From Shigella phage Sf14: a stretch of DNA of 64,000 bases. Below are positions 17,146 to 26,030 of this stretch, in pieces. Where the stretch lies: sequence record MF327003; one strand, given 5' to 3'. The first letter of the stretch is position 1, and the number at the start of each line of letters is the position of its first letter. A model generated the notes under the pieces. The model saw only the letters and a list, made by a program, of their open reading frames with translations, was not told the DNA's origin and ran no database searches. The position numbers were made by a program, and so were the translations under genes.

Positions 17146-17161
17146 ATTTTAGGAGATTCCT

Positions 17162-17371
17162 ATGAAGCCTTATGGTAGACATGGTAAAGTTGAAATTGCA
17201 AGTTGTGGCTGCTGTGCAGCGCATGATGAAGAAGATTATTACAAATGGCGTACAGACCATCGTAAACGCTTTCTCAGAAGAGATAAGAAGAGAGCTAGAC
17301 AGGAATCTCAAAAGGATATTGCAGAATTAGTTCAAATGGACAGAGCAGCAACCTACGAAGTTGTTAGTTAG
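17162..17371 (+). CDS. candidate small basic Cys-containing protein (69 aa) inside tRNA island
   Basis: AGGAG 7 nt upstream of ATG; 3' end overlaps tRNA-Arg by ~50 nt so may be spurious. Confidence 0.3.
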   Translation: MKPYGRHGKVEIASCGCCAAHDEEDYYKWRTDHRKRFLRRDKKRARQESQKDIAELVQMDRAATYEVVS

Positions 17372-17397
17372 GGGTTCGAACCCTCTATTCTGCACCA
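17321..17397 (+). tRNA. tRNA-Arg (ACG)
   Basis: acceptor GCAGAAT/ATTCTGC perfect, loop CTACGAA, CCA. Confidence 0.7.
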
Positions 17398-17405
17398 AAT
17401 TTAAT

Positions 17406-17481
17406 AGGGGATTAGTTTACAAGGTTAAAACCTCGGTCTTTGAAATCGAAGAAGATGGTTCAATTCCATCATCCCCCGCCA
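17406..17481 (+). tRNA. tRNA-Gln (TTG)
   Basis: anticodon stem TCGGT/ATCGA loop CTTTGAA, weak 1-72 pair and G73, CCA. Confidence 0.65.
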
Positions 17482-17483
17482 AC

Positions 17484-17562
17484 GCTCCATTACTCCAATT
17501 GGCAGAGAGGCCAGATTTAAAATCTGTGTTATGTATCGGTTCGAATCCGATATGGAGTACCA
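17484..17562 (+). tRNA. tRNA with Leu anticodon TAA, short variable arm
   Basis: acceptor GCTCCAT/ATGGAGT, loop TTTAAAA, A73, CCA. Confidence 0.6.
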
Positions 17563-17568
17563 AATATT

Positions 17569-17644
17569 AGCAGTATAGCATAACTGGCAATGCTCCAGCC
17601 TCTGAAGCTGAAAGATTAAGGTTCAAATCCTTATACTGCTGCCA
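17569..17644 (+). tRNA. tRNA-Gln (CTG)
   Basis: acceptor AGCAGTA/TACTGCT perfect, loop CTCTGAA, CCA. Confidence 0.65.
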
Positions 17645-17647
17645 CTT

Positions 17648-17673
17648 CTAAGGGTTCTTACGAGAGTCCTTAA
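17648..17673 (+). ncRNA. hairpin motif copy C with loop GTTCTTACGAG
   Basis: stem TAAGG/CCTTA (compensatory relative to copy A) around identical 11-mer. Confidence 0.45.
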
Positions 17674-17675
17674 AT

Positions 17676-17752
17676 GTGGCCTTATCATAAATGGATAATG
17701 ACCCATACTGTGAACATGGTCTATACGGGTTCGATTCCCGTAGGTCACCCCA
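17676..17752 (+). tRNA. tRNA-His (GTG)
   Basis: loop CTGTGAA, discriminator C73, T-arm ACGGG/CCCGT, CCA; no encoded G-1. Confidence 0.6.
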
Positions 17753-17758
17753 ATTTCA

Positions 17759-17835
17759 TAGCTCAATTAGCTTATATGGTTAAAGCGCGTGTCTGAAAAA
17801 CATGAGAACAGGGTTCAAATCCCGATGGGCTACCA
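17759..17835 (+). tRNA. tRNA-Phe-like (GAA), irregular D-arm/acceptor register
   Basis: anticodon stem CGTGT/ACATG loop CTGAAAA; acceptor pairing ambiguous. Confidence 0.45.
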
Positions 17836-17851
17836 ACTTTATAGGTGCATA

Positions 17852-18586
17852 ATGAAAGAGATGACAGAACAAAGTAAAGAGATTTTTAATCTTCTTAAAA
17901 CTGGTAATGGTTTCTCAAACCCTCTTATTACTGGTGCAGCAGTTCTTGGTGGTACTATAGCTGCCTCTCAATCATTAGTTAACTCAATTAGTTCTGTAAC
18001 AGACCCAGCTACACAACAGATTTTAGTTGCTGCTGGACTGACAACAGCCTTATTAGGAAGCTTCACAACAAGCCTTGGAAGTACAACTTCAACGACAAGT
18101 ACACTTACTGAGTATGGACAAAAGTCTGTAGATGAGTTTTCACAACGTATGCAAGTAGCTAAAGGTTACTCTAACGTTATGGGAGCAGCAGGTGAACAGG
18201 TTGGATGTACACCGTTTAGCGGTATCATGGGCGTAGCTACCGAGTACGGTAATAAAGCGATGGATTTGATTAATACCTCCATAGACGCTGTAAATAGCGT
18301 TCTAAGCGATTTGCAAGATGCAATCGACCAAGGACTAGATACAATCTCTGAACTCGCTACACAGGCCGTTACAGCGATTAATGAGGGTATTGCAAAGATT
18401 ACTGCATATGCTAACGAAGTAACTCAGATGATTGCAGATGAAGCAGCACTGATTGCAGAATATCTGAAAACAAATATTAATGGTTTCCTTGCGAATGTTC
18501 TACCAAGCTGGTTTGATGATTCATGTAAAACTGGTGTGATTGATACTATCGCAACTCCAGAGATGAAAGAAGCTCTGAACAAATAA
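17852..18586 (+). CDS. glycine-zipper membrane protein with helical C-terminal domain (244 aa), embedded in tRNA island
   Basis: start trimmed to ATG 17852 (track start overlaps tRNA); hydrophobic segments LITGAAVLGGTIAAS and ILVAAGLTTALLGSF. Confidence 0.55.
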   Translation: MKEMTEQSKEIFNLLKTGNGFSNPLITGAAVLGGTIAASQSLVNSISSVTDPATQQILVAAGLTTALLGSFTTSLGSTTSTTSTLTEYGQKSVDEFSQRMQVAKGYSNVMGAAGEQVGCTPFSGIMGVATEYGNKAMDLINTSIDAVNSVLSDLQDAIDQGLDTISELATQAVTAINEGIAKITAYANEVTQMIADEAALIAEYLKTNINGFLANVLPSWFDDSCKTGVIDTIATPEMKEALNK

Positions 18587-18587
18587 T

Positions 18588-18680
18588 GGAAGATTAACCC
18601 TAAAAGGTAAGGGAGCAGTTTGCTAAACTGCCAGTAACCGAGAAATCGGCGTACCAGTTCAAGTCTGGTATCTTCCTCCA
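18588..18680 (+). tRNA. tRNA-Ser (GCT), type II
   Basis: acceptor GGAAGAT/ATCTTCC perfect, anticodon stem GCAGT/ACTGC, long variable arm, CCA. Confidence 0.8.
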
Positions 18681-18686
18681 AATTAT

Positions 18687-18762
18687 GTGTCGGTGTCAGA
18701 AATGGTTATGTGCCTGTCTGCAAAACAGGTTTATGAGGGTTCGAGTCCCTTCCGATACTCCA
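18687..18762 (+). tRNA. tRNA-Cys (GCA)
   Basis: anticodon stem CCTGT/ACAGG loop CTGCAAA, CCA. Confidence 0.75.
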
Positions 18763-18794
18763 ATTTATATTAATATCTCTCTCAAAGTTATTAT

Positions 18795-18854
18795 GCCCTG
18801 CTATGAGTATTCTCCCTTTCGCTACCGGAGAGTATTTTTAGACAGGGCTTTTTT
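18795..18854 (+). terminator. nested double-hairpin intrinsic terminator closing the tRNA island
   Basis: inner 9-bp stem + T5; outer GCCCTG/CAGGGC + T6. Confidence 0.7.
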
Positions 18855-18919
18855 ATAGAGTTATACTTTATGGGAAGACCTATACAGTATGTCTCTGGCA
18901 TACATTGTGGTTTCTCCTT

Positions 18920-18943
18920 GACGGTCTCTGCACCGTCTTTTTT
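18920..18943 (+). terminator. intrinsic terminator GACGGT-CTCTGC-ACCGTC + T6
   Basis: perfect 6-bp stem followed by TTTTTT. Confidence 0.7.
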
Positions 18944-18981
18944 CAGGGGAATCACTATAACTTTAATTTTGGAGAAATACA

Positions 18982-19188
18982 ATGAACGAGACTAATGTTT
19001 ACAAAGAACTATATGAAACTCAGAAACAGGCTCAGATGCTTCAAGCAACTGTAATGGCTGTGGCTGAACGTTTAATTGTTGCAACTGGTATTAACCCACA
19101 AGAAGCAACGATGGATAAACTTCTTAATTTAGTAGATGAAAAGTTTGGTGTAGAACCTAAACAGGAATCTGAAGAAGTTTCTGAATAA
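18982..19188 (+). CDS. small acidic protein (68 aa) immediately upstream of large terminase
   Basis: GGAG 8 nt upstream; position suggests packaging-associated role (inference). Confidence 0.5.
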   Translation: MNETNVYKELYETQKQAQMLQATVMAVAERLIVATGINPQEATMDKLLNLVDEKFGVEPKQESEEVSE

Positions 19189-19209
19189 TTCTATTTGCAG
19201 AGGTGCTTA

Positions 19210-20811
19210 ATGGACTTAAATGTTATTAAGCAGAAGCGAGTGGAAGATGTAAGGAAAGTCCTAGCAGGTGAGTTGGGGCTTTCTGAAGAAGTAAAAGATA
19301 TTATCAAATCCTTTGGTAAAGACCCCTCTAAATTCCTTCCAACTCAAATTCTGACTTTATTAAGATACACCCCAGACCAAGTAAGACTCATCTTTAAATT
19401 GATGACTGACAAGAACTATGTAGCTCCACAGCCTGGCTCTCAAGAGGTATTCTTGAACACTAATGCTGACTTGGTACTATATGGTGGTGCTGCTGGTGCT
19501 GGTAAGACTGCCGCCCTATTAATGGACTCACTAAGGTTTATTGAAGACCCAAACTACAATGCTGTTTATTTCCGTCGAAATACAACGCAGTTACAAGGTG
19601 GTCTGTGGCCTGCGGCTAAAAAGTTATTTGGTAAGTTTGGTGGAGTTCCACATGAACAGAAAATGACTATTACTTTCCCTTCTGGAGCAACTATCAAGTT
19701 TACTTATTTGGAACTTGAGAAACACTCAGAAGGTCACCAAGGTATCGAATACTCAGCTATTTATTTCGACGAAGGTACACACTTCTCGGCTTCACAGATT
19801 TCATATCTTCAGACACGTTTACGTTCTGGTGCTGAAGGTGACTCATATATGAAAATCTCAATGAACCCAGACAGAGACCACTTTATTTATGATTGGGTAG
19901 AACCTTTCCTAGATGATGCTGGATATCCAGACCCAGAGAAGTGTGGTAGGATTCGTTGGTATGTTATGAATGATGGTGTCATGGTTTCTGATTGGGATAG
20001 AGATAAAATTCTTGAAATGTTCCCTCTTGAGATTCCTCAAACATATACCTTTATTTCCGGTACAATTGATGACAACCCTATTCTAGATTTCCTTGAACCT
20101 AAGTATCGTGGTAAATTAGAAAACAACACACCAGTTAACGTTGCACGTTTACGTTTTGGTAACTGGAAAGCTCGTGCTGAAGGTTCAAACTACTGGCAAA
20201 GACAATGGTGTGAAATTGTTGATAGTGTTCCAGCAGATGTATTTGACGTAAGAGCATGGGACTTAGCAGCAACATTACCTTCTGAGGTTAACCCTAACCC
20301 TGACTGGACAGCAGGTGTTAAAATGGGTAAATCTAAAAAAGATGGTTGCTATTATGTGATTAACGTAGTAAGATTTAGAGATAGACCTTCTGGAGTTGAA
20401 ACACAAATTAACCAAACTGCTGAAGGTGATGGTAAGCGCACAGGTATTTTTATCCCTCAAGACCCCGGCGCTGCTGGTAAATCCTACGCAACATCCCTTA
20501 TTAGAAAACTTGCTGAGAAAGGTTTCCGAGCAAGAGCTAAACCAACAAATAAAGATAAAGTCACCCGTTTTGCGGGTTTCTCTGCTGCTTCTGAGGCAGG
20601 ACTTGTCAAAATTGTTAGAGGCTCTTGGAATGAAGCATATTTTCAAGAACTAGAAGGTTTTTGTGGTGATGGTCGTACTAAGGATGACCAAGTGGATGCG
20701 ACCAGTGATGCTTTCAACAGTCTAAACGAAGTTAAACTATTCAAGCCACCTTCGATGGGTGCTCATACAGATATTATGAAGAGTAATCCATATCAGGGGC
20801 TAAGACGCTAA
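19210..20811 (+). CDS. terL: terminase large subunit
   Basis: Walker A in LYGGAAGAGKTAAL; start moved from TTG 19195 to ATG 19210 with GAGGTG upstream. Confidence 0.85.
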   Translation: MDLNVIKQKRVEDVRKVLAGELGLSEEVKDIIKSFGKDPSKFLPTQILTLLRYTPDQVRLIFKLMTDKNYVAPQPGSQEVFLNTNADLVLYGGAAGAGKTAALLMDSLRFIEDPNYNAVYFRRNTTQLQGGLWPAAKKLFGKFGGVPHEQKMTITFPSGATIKFTYLELEKHSEGHQGIEYSAIYFDEGTHFSASQISYLQTRLRSGAEGDSYMKISMNPDRDHFIYDWVEPFLDDAGYPDPEKCGRIRWYVMNDGVMVSDWDRDKILEMFPLEIPQTYTFISGTIDDNPILDFLEPKYRGKLENNTPVNVARLRFGNWKARAEGSNYWQRQWCEIVDSVPADVFDVRAWDLAATLPSEVNPNPDWTAGVKMGKSKKDGCYYVINVVRFRDRPSGVETQINQTAEGDGKRTGIFIPQDPGAAGKSYATSLIRKLAEKGFRARAKPTNKDKVTRFAGFSAASEAGLVKIVRGSWNEAYFQELEGFCGDGRTKDDQVDATSDAFNSLNEVKLFKPPSMGAHTDIMKSNPYQGLRR

Positions 20812-20823
20812 TAGGTAGAAAGA

Positions 20824-22290
20824 ATGGCAGATATCACAGAAACACAAGAAAGCCTTCCTCCATTCAGAATGGGTGAGGTTGGGAGTCTTGGCCTTAAAGT
20901 TCGCTCAGGAAGAATCTATGAAGAACCTAGACAGGCTTTAAGATTCCCAGAAAGTATTAAGACTTTCCAACTTATGATGAGAGACCCTTCAGTAGCAGCC
21001 TCTGTAAATATTATTAAGATGTTTGTCAGAAAGGTTAACTGGAGATTCGTACCACCGAAGGGAAAAGAGAAAGATGCCAAGATGATTGAAAGGGCTAATT
21101 TCTTTAACTCACTAATGAATGACATGGAGCACGATTGGGCTGACTTTATTAACTCTGTAATGTCATTCTGTACTTACGGTTTCTGTGTAAACGAGAAAGT
21201 TTATAAGAAACGTCAAGGCAAGAAAGGTAAGTACCCTTCAAAATATAATGATGGTTTAATTGGTTGGGCTAAATTACCAATCCGTAATCAGACTACATTA
21301 GACAAATGGTACTTTGACTCTGACTATAGAAAAGTTATTGGTGTTAGACAGAACCTGCGTAATGTTTCCCATACTGCAGGAGCAATTAATCTTGGTGAAC
21401 AACCATTGACAAGAAAGCTTCCTAGAAGTAAATTCTTATTGTTCAAGTATGACGATGAATACGGTAACCCAGAGGGACGTTCACCATTGCTTAATGCTTA
21501 CGTTCCTTGGAAATACAAAGTTCAAATTGAAGAGTTTGAAGCAGTTGGTGTTTCCAGAGACTTAGTAGGTATGCCAAAGATTGGTCTTCCACCTGATTAC
21601 TTAGGTGAAGATGCAGAACCTGAAAAGAAAGCTTTTGTTAAATACTGCCAAGAAGTAGTAAATGATTTAATTGCTAACGACAGAGCAGGTTTAATTTGGC
21701 CTAGATTTATCGACCCAGAAACTAAAGAAGATATCTTTGAGTTCTCATTAGTTTCTCGACAGGGTGCTAAAGCTTATGATACAGGTTCTATCATTGATAG
21801 ATACTCTAAGCAAATTATGATGGCGTTTATGTCTGATGTTCTTGCTATGGGACAGTCAAAGTATGGCTCATTCTCTCTAGCAGACTCTAAGACAAGCTTA
21901 CTGGCAATGTCAGTTGACATTCTTCTGAAACAAATCAAGAATGTAATTAACCGTGATTTGGTTGCTCAGACTTATGCACTAAATATGTGGGATGATGAAG
22001 AACACGTAGAAATTGTGTATGATGATATTGAGACACCAGATATTGAATCTATTGGTTCTTACGTTCAGAAGACAGTTGCAGTTGGTGCTATGGAAGTTGA
22101 CAAAGCATTGTCTGATAAGCTTAGAGAACATATTGGGTTAGAACCTGCTGATGAGTCTAAACCAGTATCTGAGAACCTATCTCCAAACACTCAAAGTCGT
22201 TCTGGTGATGGTTATCAAACTGCTGGAGAAGGGACTGCTAAAACTCCTTCAGCTAAAGACCCAAGCACAGCTAATAAGGCAAACAAATAA
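20824..22290 (+). CDS. portal protein (probable)
   Basis: 488 aa directly after terminase, acidic C-terminus; assignment by synteny. Confidence 0.6.
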   Translation: MADITETQESLPPFRMGEVGSLGLKVRSGRIYEEPRQALRFPESIKTFQLMMRDPSVAASVNIIKMFVRKVNWRFVPPKGKEKDAKMIERANFFNSLMNDMEHDWADFINSVMSFCTYGFCVNEKVYKKRQGKKGKYPSKYNDGLIGWAKLPIRNQTTLDKWYFDSDYRKVIGVRQNLRNVSHTAGAINLGEQPLTRKLPRSKFLLFKYDDEYGNPEGRSPLLNAYVPWKYKVQIEEFEAVGVSRDLVGMPKIGLPPDYLGEDAEPEKKAFVKYCQEVVNDLIANDRAGLIWPRFIDPETKEDIFEFSLVSRQGAKAYDTGSIIDRYSKQIMMAFMSDVLAMGQSKYGSFSLADSKTSLLAMSVDILLKQIKNVINRDLVAQTYALNMWDDEEHVEIVYDDIETPDIESIGSYVQKTVAVGAMEVDKALSDKLREHIGLEPADESKPVSENLSPNTQSRSGDGYQTAGEGTAKTPSAKDPSTANKANK

Positions 22291-22790
22291 TGGCAGAAGT
22301 TATCTCTATTTCCAATGCTACGCGAGTGCATTCTTATAGAGGTGTCTTAATTATCACTGATGAATTAACTGTAGAGGCTGGCTCAAGGGTCAGCCTTTCA
22401 GGGTATGTTAGTGATGGTGGAACCTCTGACGTTTTCACTATTTGCAGGTTACTTGATGCTCCAATGAACGGAAAACAGTTTATTTCAAACAATTGTAACG
22501 AAATTGTTAAAATTCCATTTGACAGTTCATGCCTTTTGGGTGTAAAGTTATATAACTGTGAGAATAAACGTGTTAACGTTAATAGTGTTGAAGCTGCATT
22601 CATTACCATTGATACAGCATTTCAATCTCCAATGACAGTAAATAAAGAGTCTAACAGACTTGAGTACATTTTTTCACAAAATGATTACAAAGTACTTGTC
22701 AAAGGTAAAGTTTATGATATGATTGTAAATGTGGTAGATGAATCTGGTAACCATTCAACAATCCTTAAACAAAAAGTAAGGTTTAATTAA
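22290..22790 (+). CDS. hypothetical head-associated protein (166 aa)
   Basis: ORF track; start overlaps portal stop. Confidence 0.5.
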   Translation: MAEVISISNATRVHSYRGVLIITDELTVEAGSRVSLSGYVSDGGTSDVFTICRLLDAPMNGKQFISNNCNEIVKIPFDSSCLLGVKLYNCENKRVNVNSVEAAFITIDTAFQSPMTVNKESNRLEYIFSQNDYKVLVKGKVYDMIVNVVDESGNHSTILKQKVRFN

Positions 22791-23122
22791 TGGGAACATT
22801 AACGATTGATGGTAAGAATAAAATCCTAGCCACACTAACCCCGACAACTATTGTATTACACAATGTAGACCCAACGGCAGACCCTACAGCAAACAAGGTT
22901 ACTCAGCCAGTGGCTATCTTCTTCTCAGAACCTAATAATGGATTAATTGCCTCAGAAGACACAGTTAATATTACTGTTCCGGCTTCTGCTACAGTTTCTC
23001 ATTTTAGCTTATGGGATGACAACTCTAAGTGCGTGGCAACAGGTGCTCTAAGTAGCCCTCAGTTCTTTGCTGAAGAAGGAATTTATGTTATCTCTTCAGT
23101 ATCCATTGACTTAAATAAATAG
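22790..23122 (+). CDS. hypothetical protein (110 aa)
   Basis: ORF track. Confidence 0.5.
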   Translation: MGTLTIDGKNKILATLTPTTIVLHNVDPTADPTANKVTQPVAIFFSEPNNGLIASEDTVNITVPASATVSHFSLWDDNSKCVATGALSSPQFFAEEGIYVISSVSIDLNK

Positions 23123-23133
23123 GGTGAGTAAAA

Positions 23134-24483
23134 ATGAGTTCGAATATCTTCAGACTTGCTGACAGATTATTCAACCAACCTTTACTAGCTACAGAATCAT
23201 TAGCCCACTCAGCAGCGACTTATGTTAATAACCGCTTGTTAGGTGAGGTACAAGCAGCAGTAAACTTCGATAAGCCAAAAGGTGAAGCAAGGAGTCTTTT
23301 AAAAGTTAAAGAAGACATTGCTATCATCCCTATTATGGGTGGCCTAACACATCGTATGACCTTCATGGATGCAATGTGTACTGGTGGACTAAGTTCTTAT
23401 GAAGGTTTACGCAGAGGCTTTGACGAAGCCCTAGCAGATGAGTCTATTAAGACTATCGTGCTGCACGTTGATTCAGGTGGTGGTGAAGCGTCAGGTTGTT
23501 TTGAGTTGGCACGTCACATCATGGCTTCAAGAGGCCAAAAGAAAATTATTGCTTATGTAGATGAGTTTGCTTGCTCTGCTGCATACGCTCTTGCATCTTC
23601 CGCTGAAGAAATTATTGCATCACCAGATGCAGATGTTGGTTCAATTGGTGTGATTATGGTTCACCAAGAATTAACTAAAGCATTTGAAAAGAATGGCGTA
23701 ACTATTAACGTTATTAAAGCTGGTGAATTTAAAGGTATGGGTTCCCCATTCCAAGCATTATCAGAAGAAAGCAAGAATAGACTTCAAAAGAGAATTGATG
23801 ACACTTACAAGACTTTTACTAGTTTTGTTGCAGACTCACGTAATATCTCCGAAGAAGCTGTAAAGAATACTGAGGCGAATGTTTATTCTGCTCAGGAAGC
23901 TCTTGAACTTGGTTTAATTAACTCTATCATGTCTCAAGATGATTTCTTAAATTACTTACAAGGTTCTGAAGAAGCTCCTGTAAGTTTAAACACAAACAAT
24001 TCAGGTGAAGAAATGACTGAACAAGAAAAGCAAGAACTAGAAGCTCTGCGTCTTCAGGTTGCTCAAATGAAAGCTAAGGAACAGGAAGCAGTTCTTACAG
24101 ATTTAACTGGTAAGATTTCTGCATCTGCTGAAGCTTTTGGGTTTGATGCAAAAGAAGCTGCAACAGCTATTTTAGGTGCTGGTCTTGACAACCCTCTGAG
24201 TGTTCTGTTTATGAATGCTATGGAAGGTGCTAACCAGAAACTTAATGAAACTATCGCGTCCCATGCTTCTGCCATGTCTGAGAAGGATTCTGAAATCACT
24301 AAGCTGAAAGAAGCTGCTGGTGCTGTTCTGGAACACTCAAACGCTATGGAAGAACTTGGCAATGACGGCGAAGCAGAAGTGGATGATGGTAAAGATACCA
24401 CTCCAGAAGCAAATGTTAATGCTAACGCTGACCAACGCAAACTGGCTCTCCAGAATGCTTTGAATACTCTTATCAAGAAATAA
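23134..24483 (+). CDS. prohead protease (S49/ClpP-like) fused to helical scaffold-like C-terminal region
   Basis: VDSGGGEASG, CSAAYALASSA and GSIGV signatures; C-terminal 150 aa acidic coiled-coil. Confidence 0.75.
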   Translation: MSSNIFRLADRLFNQPLLATESLAHSAATYVNNRLLGEVQAAVNFDKPKGEARSLLKVKEDIAIIPIMGGLTHRMTFMDAMCTGGLSSYEGLRRGFDEALADESIKTIVLHVDSGGGEASGCFELARHIMASRGQKKIIAYVDEFACSAAYALASSAEEIIASPDADVGSIGVIMVHQELTKAFEKNGVTINVIKAGEFKGMGSPFQALSEESKNRLQKRIDDTYKTFTSFVADSRNISEEAVKNTEANVYSAQEALELGLINSIMSQDDFLNYLQGSEEAPVSLNTNNSGEEMTEQEKQELEALRLQVAQMKAKEQEAVLTDLTGKISASAEAFGFDAKEAATAILGAGLDNPLSVLFMNAMEGANQKLNETIASHASAMSEKDSEITKLKEAAGAVLEHSNAMEELGNDGEAEVDDGKDTTPEANVNANADQRKLALQNALNTLIKK

Positions 24484-24495
24484 GGAACACAAATA

Positions 24496-24873
24496 ATGGC
24501 ATATCAAGGTTTTACTAAATTAGGTGAAAGAGAACCTCTTAACGATATTATCCTTTGGGAAGAAATTACCCCAACTGGTCACTCTCGTAAAGAGTACGCT
24601 CCAGTAGCAAGCACAGAATACCGTGTTGGTGAAGTTCTGAAGGCTGACGGCTCTAAAGTAGCTGCTGGTCAAGAAGCTCAGGCAGATTCTGTATGTATCG
24701 TTAACTTCTATGCAGACCTGCAACTGTCTTATCATGGTCAGTTAAAAGTCGTTGGTATCTACCGTGACGCTGAACTGAAAGACTTGCTGAAGCTAGAGAG
24801 TGGCGTTGATGCTGCTGCTGTCAAGTCTGCTCTTAAGGCGAAAGGTATTGATTTCGTCCCAACTGGCCTGTAA
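24496..24873 (+). CDS. small head protein (possible decoration protein)
   Basis: 125 aa between protease and capsid gene; position only. Confidence 0.4.
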   Translation: MAYQGFTKLGEREPLNDIILWEEITPTGHSRKEYAPVASTEYRVGEVLKADGSKVAAGQEAQADSVCIVNFYADLQLSYHGQLKVVGIYRDAELKDLLKLESGVDAAAVKSALKAKGIDFVPTGL

Positions 24874-24904
24874 TTAATAATAAGACATTCTGGAGAATTT
24901 TACA

Positions 24905-26008
24905 ATGTTGACTAATTCTGAAAAAAGCAGATTTTTCCTTGCTGACTTAACTGGTGAAGTCCAGTCTATTCCAAATACTTACGGATATATCTCTGGTCTG
25001 GGACTGTTCCGTTCTGCTCCACAAACACAGACTACTTTCCTGATGGACTTGACTGATTGGGATATCAGCTTACTGGATGCGGTAGACCGTACCAGCCGTA
25101 AAGCTGAGACTAGCGCTCCTGAGCGTGTTCGTCAGATTAGCTTCCCGATGATGTACTTCAAGGAAGTTGAAAGCATCACTCCTGATGAGATTCAGGGTGT
25201 TCGTCAGCCAGGCACTGCAAATGAACTGACTACTGAAGCAGTTGTACGTGCTAAGAAGCTGATGAAGATTCGTACCAAGTTTGACATTACTCGTGAGTTC
25301 TTGTTTATGCAAGCTCTGAAGGGTAAAGTTATCGACGCTAACGGTGTTCTGTACGCAGACCTGTACAAGCAGTTCGATGTAACTAAGAAGACTATCTACT
25401 TCGACTTGGACAACCCGAACTCTGATATCGATGCGCACATTGAAGACCTGCGTATGCACATGGAAGATGAAGCTAAGACAGGTACTGTAATCAACGGTGA
25501 AGAAATTCACATCGTTGTTGACAGAACTTTCTTCAGCAAGCTTATCAAGCATCCTAAGATTCGTGACGCATACCTTGCACAGCAGACTCCGCTGGCTTGG
25601 CAACAGATTACTGGTTCTCTGAGAACTGGTGGTACTGACGGTGTTCAGGCTCACATGAACCGTTTCTACTACGGTGGTGTTGTATTCGTACAGTACAACG
25701 GTAAGTTCAAAGACAAGCGTGGTAAGACTCATACTCTGGTTAGCATTGACGGTGTATCTGATACTAATGTTGGTGTAGGTCACGCATTCCCTAACGTAGC
25801 AATGTTAGGTGAAGCTAACAACATCTTCGAAGTTGCTTACGCTCCATGTCCTAAGATGGGTTATGCAAACACTCTGGGTCAGGAACTGTATGTGTTCGAA
25901 TATGAGAAAGACCGTGACGAAGGTATTGACTTCGAAGCCCACTCTTACATGCTGCCATACTGCACACGTCCTCAACTGCTTGTTGACGTTCGTTCAGACG
26001 CTGAGTAA
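24905..26008 (+). CDS. major capsid protein (probable)
   Basis: 367 aa following protease/scaffold; synteny-based. Confidence 0.55.
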   Translation: MLTNSEKSRFFLADLTGEVQSIPNTYGYISGLGLFRSAPQTQTTFLMDLTDWDISLLDAVDRTSRKAETSAPERVRQISFPMMYFKEVESITPDEIQGVRQPGTANELTTEAVVRAKKLMKIRTKFDITREFLFMQALKGKVIDANGVLYADLYKQFDVTKKTIYFDLDNPNSDIDAHIEDLRMHMEDEAKTGTVINGEEIHIVVDRTFFSKLIKHPKIRDAYLAQQTPLAWQQITGSLRTGGTDGVQAHMNRFYYGGVVFVQYNGKFKDKRGKTHTLVSIDGVSDTNVGVGHAFPNVAMLGEANNIFEVAYAPCPKMGYANTLGQELYVFEYEKDRDEGIDFEAHSYMLPYCTRPQLLVDVRSDAE

Positions 26009-26030
26009 TAACTTGAAAGGAGGGTTATAA

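Noticed and set aside
14379-17570. ORF-track reading frames inside the tRNA island (14379..14627, 15361..15570, 16264..16560, 16764..16946, 16807..17001, 17054..17311, 17361..17570)
   Set aside because: Each overlaps one or more well-folded tRNAs or structured repeats, has no ribosome-binding site, and its translation is low-complexity; treated as chance ORFs.
17789-17851. 5' extension of the 17789..18586 ORF
   Set aside because: The extension overlaps the upstream tRNA; the ATG at 17852 was used instead.
18791-18982. Minus-strand ORF 18791..18982 (63 aa)
   Set aside because: Lies entirely over two plus-strand intrinsic terminators between the tRNA island and the packaging genes; no start context.
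19195-19209. TTG start for the large terminase at 19195
   Set aside because: ATG at 19210 has a better-placed GAGGTG ribosome-binding site and avoids a non-ATG start; the first 5 residues were discarded.
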